NCBI GenBank assembly: GCA_963702425.1
Contig: CAVPCQ010000022.1
Coordinates: forward strand, 1-24,116
Origin: an uncultured Acidobacteriota bacterium
Lineage (GTDB): Bacteria; Acidobacteriota; Polarisedimenticolia; J045
DNA length: 24,116 nt
Direction of reading: 5' to 3'
Below are positions 9,165 through 18,430 of the stretch, in pieces; the stretch's first letter is position 1, and every line of letters starts with the position of its first letter. Position numbers and translations under genes: made by a program. The notes below the pieces were generated by a model. That model worked only from the letters and a program-made list of their open reading frames with translations, was not told the DNA's origin and searched no databases.

Positions 9165-9197
9165 AGACCGCGTCGCCGCGCCCGGAGGCCCGCAGCC

Positions 9198-10163
9198 TCA
9201 GTCGCTCTCGACGTCGACCAGCTCGAGCCGCTCCCCTGTCTCGGGATCGACCTCCAGCACCACGCCGATCCCCGGGGCGTAGTACTTGTTCTCGAGGACG
9301 TCCGGCTCGATCGGCGAAAAGTCGTTCGTCTTGAGGCAGTTCGCGAACGAGCCGAACGGGACCGTCACCGACTGGCCGAGTGCGACGATCTCGCCGATGT
9401 CCTCGGCGACCTCCAGGGCGAACTCCTGGCGGTACACGTCGGATCCTCGCGGAGCGGCCCGCATGATCACGCCGGCCTGGGCCCCGTCGACGCCCGCCTG
9501 CCACGACCCCGCGAGGCCGGCCAGTTCGCCCCCCTCGAACTGCTGCGAGAGCTCGCCGAAGTACCAGACGTTCCCCGCCCGGTCCTGCGCGTACCAGTCG
9601 AGCGTGTCCTCGACCACGACCCCGTCCAGGCGGGCGATGTCCCTCACGACCACGCACGACACGCCCAGGATCGTCTTCGTCTCGCGCGTGACCTGGACCT
9701 CGACGTGCTCGAACCCGGCGTCCGTCTGCCCCTCGTAGATGGACGTCGTTCCCGGCGTCAGCGGGAAGTAGGGGTTGTCGATCGTATCGACGAAGTCGTC
9801 GGGATCGATGACCGGGTTGTAGGCGTCGCCGCCGAGCTGGGAGCAGAGGTCGATCCTTGCGGCGTATTGCTCCCGGCAGAGGTGCTGTTCTTCGTCGAGC
9901 ACCGCCTGCGCGTCCCGCCGGCAGGCCTTGAAGTCCCCGCCGGCCGGGAGGTTGCGGCACGTTCCGATGGCGAGCCAGTAGTCCTGTCGCACTCCGAAAC
10001 CGCACGACTCCTTGGCGGCCGAGGCCGTCGCCCCGCAGGGGCAGTTGCAGCCGTCTTTGGGCGCGGACTGGGATGTCCCCGCGAACAGCGATATCGTCAA
10101 CCCGGCGAGCGTGAGCACGACCGGAGCGCGCTTCCTGGCGCTCTGCAATGAACGAGAGTTCAT
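9198..10163 (-). CDS. Exported hypothetical protein (about 321 aa) with a Cys-rich N-terminal helical region and a beta-rich C-terminal domain
   Basis: ATG 10163 after GGAAGGGAG. Signal-peptide-like N-terminus. Folded-protein-like composition with IDNPYFPLTPG, DWYAQDRAGNVWYFGE, VTVPFGSF and KYYAPGIG segments. Confidence 0.8.
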   Translation of the reverse strand: MNSRSLQSARKRAPVVLTLAGLTISLFAGTSQSAPKDGCNCPCGATASAAKESCGFGVRQDYWLAIGTCRNLPAGGDFKACRRDAQAVLDEEQHLCREQYAARIDLCSQLGGDAYNPVIDPDDFVDTIDNPYFPLTPGTTSIYEGQTDAGFEHVEVQVTRETKTILGVSCVVVRDIARLDGVVVEDTLDWYAQDRAGNVWYFGELSQQFEGGELAGLAGSWQAGVDGAQAGVIMRAAPRGSDVYRQEFALEVAEDIGEIVALGQSVTVPFGSFANCLKTNDFSPIEPDVLENKYYAPGIGVVLEVDPETGERLELVDVESD

Positions 10164-10177
10164 TCCCGTCTCCCTTC

Positions 10178-10218
10178 CCGGGCCCCTGGCCCGGACGATC
10201 CGGCAGGCTTCGGCCTGC
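10178..10218. other. Two tandem short hairpins in the 61-bp intergenic gap
   Basis: CCGGGCC-CCT-GGCCCGG (10178-10194) and GCAGGC-TTCG-GCCTGC (10203-10218), between the PepSY-like gene stop and the RBS of the next gene. Confidence 0.35.
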
Positions 10219-10224
10219 AGGCAG

Positions 10225-10671
10225 TCAGTCATCCTCGGTCCCGAGCACGGTCCCGTCCTCGGCCACCAGCAGCTCCTTCTCCGACAGTCCGGAGCGGAGC
10301 TCGAGTTCGTAGGCCACCTTCCCATCGGCGTGCGTCACCTTTTCGACCGATGTCGGCTGCCTGTCCTTGTACTCCGCGTGGAACGCATCGAGCACGGCCT
10401 TCGGGACCTGCTCCAGCGGGATCTCTTCCTCGGTCACCAGGATCTTCCCGTCGGGCGCGACGCCGATCTCGACCACGCGCTTGTCTTTCGCCCTCACCAT
10501 CACGGCGTACTGCTCGACTCCTCCCTCCTTCTCCGCCTTGCAGCTCTTGATCGTGCTCTCCGGGTACGCCCTGGCGATGGCCGCCCTGACGGCGTCCGGG
10601 CACTTTCCGGCGGCAGCCGGGGTCCCCGCGGCGAGCACCACGGTGACGAGTGTGATCAACGTCCTGGTCAT
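10225..10671 (-). CDS. Periplasmic PepSY-like (BLIP-like, two-repeat) protein, 148 aa
   Basis: ATG 10671 overlaps the kinase stop (ATGA), with an AAGGAG RBS and a signal peptide. Two repeats: CPDAVRAAIARAYP...YAV...PDGKIL and VPKAVLDAFHAEY...YEL...EDGTVL. Confidence 0.85.
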   Translation of the reverse strand: MTRTLITLVTVVLAAGTPAAAGKCPDAVRAAIARAYPESTIKSCKAEKEGGVEQYAVMVRAKDKRVVEIGVAPDGKILVTEEEIPLEQVPKAVLDAFHAEYKDRQPTSVEKVTHADGKVAYELELRSGLSEKELLVAEDGTVLGTEDD

Positions 10672-12152
10672 CGCGACTTCTCCTTGCCGGGTGTTTCTCC
10701 CGGCGGTGTTTCGATCAGTCTGTCGGCCGCGACCTGTTGAGCGAGCGGCAGCAAGATCTCGACGACGAACTCTCCGCCCCGCTCGCAGCGCACGGCAATC
10801 GTTCCGCCGAGCAACTCGACGATCTGCCGCGCAAGCGGCATCCCCAGCCCGCAGTGCGCTCCATCGCCCGAGCGCGACGCGTCGTCGCGCCAGAACCGAT
10901 CGAAGACGAGCTCGGCCTGCTCCGGGGAGAGGGGGCAGCCGCTGTTGGCGATCCTCGCGAGAAGACGATTCCCGGCGATCCGCGTTTCCACGCGCACGCA
11001 TCCGCCGGGATCGGCATAGGTGGTGGCGTTGGCGAACAGGTTCCGGAAGGCGATCCGCAGCTTCTCCTCGTCGCCGAGTGCGGCGGCTCCCGCCAGGTCC
11101 CACGAAACCGAGAGCCCGCGTTCGGATGCCACCGGTTCGAAAGGCTGCCAGCACTCTCGCAGCAAGCCGCCGACATCGGCGGGCCTCAGGCGAACGGGGC
11201 TCTGCCCGGACTCGATCCGCGCCAGCTCGAGGAGGTTCTCCACCATGGTCTGCATGTCGGTGACCATGGAGAGGCAGCGCGTGTAGTCCTCGCGGGTGTC
11301 TGCCGGCCGGCCCGGAACCAGGAGCGCCACCTCCAGCGTCGTGCGCAACCCGGCGAGCGGCGTGCGCAGCTCGTGCGCAACGTTGGAGACCAGCGTCCGC
11401 TCGCGCGTGAAGGCCGCCGCGAGCCGCGCGAGCATGGCGCGCAGGGAGCCGACCAGCGGTTCCACTTCCATCGGGACCGGGCCGCGCAGCGCGACGCTCT
11501 GCGCGAGACCGGTCTCGTCCAGTGCGCCGATCTTCTGGGCCAGCTCGACGAGGGGCGCGAGGCCGCGGCGCGTCGCCCACGTCAGGATCGCCGCGAGTAC
11601 GAGGCCGGAGACCAGCCAGGCCCCGGCCAGCACGAACCGCAGCCGCGCGAGGGCTCTGAGAACGCCGCTCGCGTCGCGGCCGAGGGCCACGACGACGGCG
11701 AATGGCGCCGCGGCGGGCGGCGACTCCTCGTCAGGCGGAAGGTCGGCGGCGAGGCGAACCACGCGGGCGCGGCGGCCTCCGGCGAGTTGGGCCCACGAAT
11801 GGTGTGGTTTGTTCGACGCGGGCGGCTCGAACTCGAGGTCGGGTGAGCCGGACCCCGCCAATCGCGCAATCAGAACGCCGGAGTTGCTCCACACCCCGTA
11901 GAATGCCGGTCCCGCGCTGCCGTTGTCCTGGCCCGGATCGGGCGCCGCGGCCTCGCACTCGACCCCGTCGGCGTCGGCATCGCAGAGCGCGGCGACCGCC
12001 CGCGCTTCGGCCACCAGGGAGGCGTCGAGCTGCTGGATCCAATCGCGGCGGATCAGGACGTAGACCAGGCTCATCGACAGGAGCAGGACGACCGAGCTGC
12101 CCGCGAGCACGCTGGCGAGCAGCCGCGAGCCGATCGAGCGCGTCACTCGCAC
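10668..12152 (-). CDS. Two-component sensor histidine kinase (two TM segments, HAMP, HisKA, HATPase; CusS/QseC-like)
   Basis: H-box VSNVAHELRTPLA, N-box NLFANATTY, F-box VFDRFWRDDASR and G2 CGLGMPLA. The G1 box reads ANSG rather than DxG. Start at GTG 12152 or 12146. Confidence 0.92.
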   Translation of the reverse strand: MRVTRSIGSRLLASVLAGSSVVLLLSMSLVYVLIRRDWIQQLDASLVAEARAVAALCDADADGVECEAAAPDPGQDNGSAGPAFYGVWSNSGVLIARLAGSGSPDLEFEPPASNKPHHSWAQLAGGRRARVVRLAADLPPDEESPPAAAPFAVVVALGRDASGVLRALARLRFVLAGAWLVSGLVLAAILTWATRRGLAPLVELAQKIGALDETGLAQSVALRGPVPMEVEPLVGSLRAMLARLAAAFTRERTLVSNVAHELRTPLAGLRTTLEVALLVPGRPADTREDYTRCLSMVTDMQTMVENLLELARIESGQSPVRLRPADVGGLLRECWQPFEPVASERGLSVSWDLAGAAALGDEEKLRIAFRNLFANATTYADPGGCVRVETRIAGNRLLARIANSGCPLSPEQAELVFDRFWRDDASRSGDGAHCGLGMPLARQIVELLGGTIAVRCERGGEFVVEILLPLAQQVAADRLIETPPGETPGKEKSR

Positions 12153-12826
12153 GGCGGTTCCTCCGCGAGGACGTAGCCGTAGCCGCGTCGCGTATGGATC
12201 AAGCGCGGGTGCCCCCCCGCCTCGAGTTTGCGCCGCAGGTAGCCGACGTAGACGTCGACGACGTTGCTCTGCAGGTCGGCCGTGCTCTCGTACAGGTTCT
12301 CCCAGATGGCGGTGCGCGTGACCGGCCGACCGGCCCGCAGCGCGAGGAACTCGAGCAGCGCGTACTCGCGCGCGGTCAGCTCGATCGGCTGGCCGTTGCG
12401 GGCGACCATGCGCGCCACCGTGTCGATCGTCAGGCCGGCGACGGCCACGACGGGGTTGCGGTGCTCGTGGTGACGTCGCAGGAGCGCCCGGACCCGTGCG
12501 AGCAGCTCCTCGAACGCGAACGGCTTGACGAGGTAGTCGTCGGCACCGCGGTCGAGACCCTGGACGCGGTCGTCGACGCCGTCCCGGGCCGTCAGCAGCA
12601 GGACCGCCGTCGTGCCCGCGCGCCGGCGGATCCTCTCGAGCACGGACAGTCCATCCATGCGGGGCAGCATCAGGTCGAGGATGACGAGGTCGTACTCCCG
12701 GTCCAGCGCGAGCGAGAGCCCCTCCAACCCATCGGCCGCTGCGTCGACCGCGTATCCGGCCGTGCGCAGACCGCGGGCGAGAGCGTCTCGAAGCGGCGCG
12801 TAATCCTCGACCACGAGGACCTTCAT
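12143..12826 (-). CDS. OmpR/PhoB-family response regulator (227 aa)
   Basis: MKVLVVED, LVILDLMLP (phospho-acceptor Asp), LLLTARD, GADDYLVKPF, LTAREYALL and IHTRRGYGY. ATG 12826 follows GGAGGG. Confidence 0.96.
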   Translation of the reverse strand: MKVLVVEDYAPLRDALARGLRTAGYAVDAAADGLEGLSLALDREYDLVILDLMLPRMDGLSVLERIRRRAGTTAVLLLTARDGVDDRVQGLDRGADDYLVKPFAFEELLARVRALLRRHHEHRNPVVAVAGLTIDTVARMVARNGQPIELTAREYALLEFLALRAGRPVTRTAIWENLYESTADLQSNVVDVYVGYLRRKLEAGGHPRLIHTRRGYGYVLAEEPPCE

Positions 12827-12845
12827 CCGAAGCCCTCCGCTGCAG

Positions 12846-12879
12846 ACCATACGGGACCGATCATGAGAAGACGATGAGA
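12846..12879 (-). promoter_or_regulatory. Candidate OmpR-type tandem binding site plus -10 element for the two-component operon
   Basis: On the minus strand TCTCAT occurs twice with an 11-bp period (12874-12879 and 12863-12868) in the -35 zone, followed by TATGGT (12846-12851). Confidence 0.55.
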
Positions 12880-12895
12880 GCGTGCCCCGGCCGGG

Positions 12896-15199
<2,304 letters not shown>

Positions 15200-15353
15200 G
15201 ATACGCGGGTTGCGACGTATTGCGGCCTAACGTCTTGTTTATCAACATCTTGCAGGCAGGACAGGAGGCCGCGGACCGGGTCACCCTCCGGCGCTGGCAC
15301 TCCCCCCCGAACCACCGGGGTTAGACTGACCTCGCGGTCCGGAGGACCCCGCC

Positions 15354-18032
15354 ATGGGGGGCGGCCCGAACGGTGACGGGACGGTGTCGACGCGGGGTTT
15401 CGAGGACCCGCTCAATCCCGGTGACCGCGTCGGCCACTACGAAATCGTCGAGGCCCTTGGGCAAGGCGGCATGGCTGTCGTCTACCGGGCCCGCGACGTG
15501 CGGCTCGCGCGCCACGTCGCGCTCAAGAGCCCGCTGGTGCGGTCCGCGCTCGACCCGCGCCTGCAGCGCCGGATCCTCCAGGAGGCGCGCATCGCCGCGC
15601 TGCTGCAGCACTCCAACATCGTCCCGATCTACGACGTCTTCGACGTCGGCGGCCGGCCGTGGATCGCGATGCAACTCGTGGAAGGGGGCAGCCTCGCCGA
15701 GCGGATCAAGCGGGACGGCGCGCTTCCCCCGGCCGAGGCGGTGGCGATCGCCGCGGCGATCGCGGACGCTCTCGCCGCCGCTCACGAGCAGGGCGTGCTC
15801 CACCGCGACGTCAAGCCCGGGAACATCCTGATCACCCGGCAGGGCGTCCCGCTTCTCGCCGACTTCGGGGTCTCGAGCTGGAGCCTGCGGGACCGGGACG
15901 AAGACTCGCCCTACAGCACGGCGGTGACTGAGGCCGACCACGGACCGATTCCCGGCACGCCGGCCTACATGTCGCCCGAGCAGGTCGCGGGTGAACCACT
16001 CGACGCGCGCAGCGATCTCTTCTCGCTCGGCGCGATGCTGTACGAGATGTGCGCCGGCCGGCGCCCCTTCCGCGGGGAGCACTCGTCGGCGGTCCGCGAA
16101 GCGGTCGCCCAGCTGGACCCGCCGCCGGTCGCCAGCCTGAATCCCGCGGTCCCGGCCGAACTCCAGCGAATCGTCGCGAAGTCGCTGGCGAAGCGGCGCG
16201 AGGACCGCTACCAGTCCGCGCGGGAGATGCTCCTCGACCTGCGCGCGCTGGAGCAGCAGTTCCGGGAGGGGACGCTCGAAACACGGAGCACTCGGAGCCG
16301 GCCACGTTGGAGGGTTCTTGCGATCGCGGGCGTCGTCGCTGCCGCGGGCGTCGCGGTCGCCCTGTTGCTGAGCGGGTTCGAACTCCTGCGGCCCGCGCCG
16401 AAGCCGCCTGCCCGCCCGCGACAGCTCACGACATGGCCCGGCCGCGAGTCGCGGCCGGCGGTCTCACCCGACGGTACGCTGGCCGCGTTCGAATCCGATC
16501 GCGCGGGAAACGGCGACATCTGGCTCGTCGACGTGCGCGGCGGCGAGCCGCTGCGGCTCACCGACGACCCGGCCGCCGACCGCAGTCCGGCCTGGTACCC
16601 GGATGGACGCGCGATCGCGTTCGTGTCCGAGCGCGACGGTGCACCCGGAATCTGGCGCGTCCCGACACTCAGCGGGCCGCAGGTCCGGCTGATCCCCGAC
16701 GCGGCCGATCCCGCGATCTCGCCGGACGGCAGGACGATCGCCTTCTCGGCACCGCACGGAAGGTGGCGCCGCATCGCGGTCGCGCCGCTCGATGACCTGG
16801 GTGCAGTGACCTGGCTGACGCACGACGACGACGGCCTGTGGGACCACGCGCAGCCGGCGTGGTCGCACGACGGCCGGATGATCTGCTACGCCGAGGCGAA
16901 GGACCTCTGGCTGGTGCCGGCGACGGGCGGCGCCGCACACCGGCTGACCACCGACGGTGCGGCCGACTTCGCGCCTGCGTGGTCGTCCGACGATCGGATG
17001 ATCTACTTCGCGTCGTACCGCGACGGCACGCTCGCGCTTTGGCGCATCCCGGTCGCGGGGGGCAGGCTCGAGCGCGTGACGCTCGGCACGGGGAGCGAAA
17101 GCGAGCCGAGCATCTCTTCGGACGGCTCGCGCCTGCTGCACTCCACGGTCGATGTCCAGATCGACTTCGTACTGCGCGATCTCGCGACCGGGACCGAATC
17201 GGTCCTTCCCGAGTCGCGCCTGCGCGCCTCGCCCGCGTTGGCGCCCGACGGCAGTTCCCTCGTGTACAGCGCGCGCGGGGTCGGCGGGCGGACGGACCTG
17301 TGGGTGCAATCGCTGGACCGCGGCAAGCCGAGCGGGCCAGTTCGACAGCTCACGGAGCAGACCGGGACCGTCTCACACCCGGAATTCTCTCCTGACGGCC
17401 GCTGGGTCGCGTACTACCGCGTCGCCGACGGTCAGCGCGACGTCTGGATCGTCCCCGCCGCCGGAGGAGCGCCGGTCCGCTTCACCGACGGTCCGGCCAA
17501 CGAGATGGAGCCCGCGTGGTCGCCCGACGGCCGGTGGATTGCGTACTCGTCGGACCAGGGCGGCGGGAACCGCCTCTGGATCGCGCCGGTGAGCGCGGGG
17601 CGCCCTTCGGGGCCGGCGCGGCAGCTGACGCGCGGGCCGACCAGCGACTTCGACCCCCAATGGTCTCCCGACGGCCGGCGCATCGCGTTCCTGGGCAACA
17701 CCGCAAAGAGCCAGGAGGTCTACCTCCTCGAGCTGGAAGGAGCTGCCGAGCCGCAGCAGCTGACGACTGGCGCGAGTGCGCGGGATCAGCAGTGGTCGCG
17801 CGTCCGTGACGAGCTCTGGGTGCTGGGCAACTGGGGCACGGAGGGGCTGGAGCTCCGGCGGTTGCCGTCTGCGGGAGGCCGGGGCAGCCCGCTCGAACCG
17901 CAACCGCGCGTCGGGGAAAACGAAGTGAGCGCACGCTTCGGCATCTCGGAGGACGGGCGGTACCTCGTCTACATGCAGGACCGTGCGGCCGGGAACATCT
18001 GGGTTCTCGACGCGTCGAAGGGTGCGTACTGA
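15354..18032 (+). CDS. Membrane Ser/Thr protein kinase with extracytoplasmic PD40/TolB-like beta-propeller repeats (892 aa)
   Basis: GQGGMA, VALK, HRDVKPGN, DFG and GTPAYMSPEQ motifs; TM VLAIAGVVAAAGVAVALLL; about 12 PxWSPDG-type repeats. GGAGG precedes the ATG. Confidence 0.93.
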   Translation: MGGGPNGDGTVSTRGFEDPLNPGDRVGHYEIVEALGQGGMAVVYRARDVRLARHVALKSPLVRSALDPRLQRRILQEARIAALLQHSNIVPIYDVFDVGGRPWIAMQLVEGGSLAERIKRDGALPPAEAVAIAAAIADALAAAHEQGVLHRDVKPGNILITRQGVPLLADFGVSSWSLRDRDEDSPYSTAVTEADHGPIPGTPAYMSPEQVAGEPLDARSDLFSLGAMLYEMCAGRRPFRGEHSSAVREAVAQLDPPPVASLNPAVPAELQRIVAKSLAKRREDRYQSAREMLLDLRALEQQFREGTLETRSTRSRPRWRVLAIAGVVAAAGVAVALLLSGFELLRPAPKPPARPRQLTTWPGRESRPAVSPDGTLAAFESDRAGNGDIWLVDVRGGEPLRLTDDPAADRSPAWYPDGRAIAFVSERDGAPGIWRVPTLSGPQVRLIPDAADPAISPDGRTIAFSAPHGRWRRIAVAPLDDLGAVTWLTHDDDGLWDHAQPAWSHDGRMICYAEAKDLWLVPATGGAAHRLTTDGAADFAPAWSSDDRMIYFASYRDGTLALWRIPVAGGRLERVTLGTGSESEPSISSDGSRLLHSTVDVQIDFVLRDLATGTESVLPESRLRASPALAPDGSSLVYSARGVGGRTDLWVQSLDRGKPSGPVRQLTEQTGTVSHPEFSPDGRWVAYYRVADGQRDVWIVPAAGGAPVRFTDGPANEMEPAWSPDGRWIAYSSDQGGGNRLWIAPVSAGRPSGPARQLTRGPTSDFDPQWSPDGRRIAFLGNTAKSQEVYLLELEGAAEPQQLTTGASARDQQWSRVRDELWVLGNWGTEGLELRRLPSAGGRGSPLEPQPRVGENEVSARFGISEDGRYLVYMQDRAAGNIWVLDASKGAY

Positions 18033-18051
18033 AAGCCGTGGGGGAGGAATC

Positions 18052-18402
18052 ATGGCGAAGAAGCGGACGGGGACTGCGAAGGGTCAGGACAAGCTGACGG
18101 TGCTGGATCTCATCAATACGCTCGAGCACATCGAGGCCTGGACGGGTGCCGTACGGCAGGCTCTCGAGACGCTGCCGCCCACGCTGGAGTTGTCGCTCCG
18201 GATCCCGGGGCCCGTTCCGCCCCCGCCGCTCGCGCGATGGGAATGCTACCCGGAGCTCAGGGCGCAGAGCGGGATCTGGGGGCGTCCGGCATGGCTGTGC
18301 TTCCAGTCGCTGGACGCTCTGGGTTCCGACATCCGACCCGGCGACGCGGAGGCCACAACCAAGCGGCCGCAGAAGCGGCCCACCAAACGACCCAAGCGTT
18401 GA
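18052..18402 (+). CDS. Small hypothetical protein (116 aa); candidate substrate or precursor of the adjacent radical SAM/SPASM enzyme
   Basis: Strong RBS GGGGAGGA before ATG 18052, 19 bp after the kinase stop. GC3-rich codons. Contains an amphipathic helix, a Pro-rich linker, WECY/WGR/WLCF motifs and a KRPx tail. The function is inferred from context only. Confidence 0.75.
   Translation: MAKKRTGTAKGQDKLTVLDLINTLEHIEAWTGAVRQALETLPPTLELSLRIPGPVPPPPLARWECYPELRAQSGIWGRPAWLCFQSLDALGSDIRPGDAEATTKRPQKRPTKRPKR
18361..18399 (+). repeat. Degenerate 12-nt tandem repeat encoding KRPQ-KRPT-KRPK-R
   Basis: AAGCGGCCGCAG AAGCGGCCCACC AAACGACCCAAG CGT. Confidence 0.7.
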
Positions 18403-18430
18403 CGGCGCGCCGCGATCGGACCGCCCGTCG

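Noticed and set aside
10672-11580. 451-aa ORF extending the PepSY-like gene upstream
   Set aside because: The upstream part overlaps the histidine kinase in another frame. The true start is ATG 10671, with an RBS and signal peptide.
16420-17990. Recurrent TGGTCGCCCGACGGC-like nucleotide repeats, considered as a possible CRISPR or DNA repeat array
   Set aside because: They are degenerate, in-frame codons of PD40 (WSPDG) protein repeats. Spacing is irregular and no cas genes are present.
18146-18430. rSAM frame stays open upstream across the small ORF, suggesting a longer rSAM or a frameshifted fusion
   Set aside because: The extension is Arg/Gly/Pro-rich and not protein-like, while the small ORF has its own strong RBS and a natural-looking C-terminal tail. 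A fusion is unlikely, though reads should be checked given the indels elsewhere in the window.
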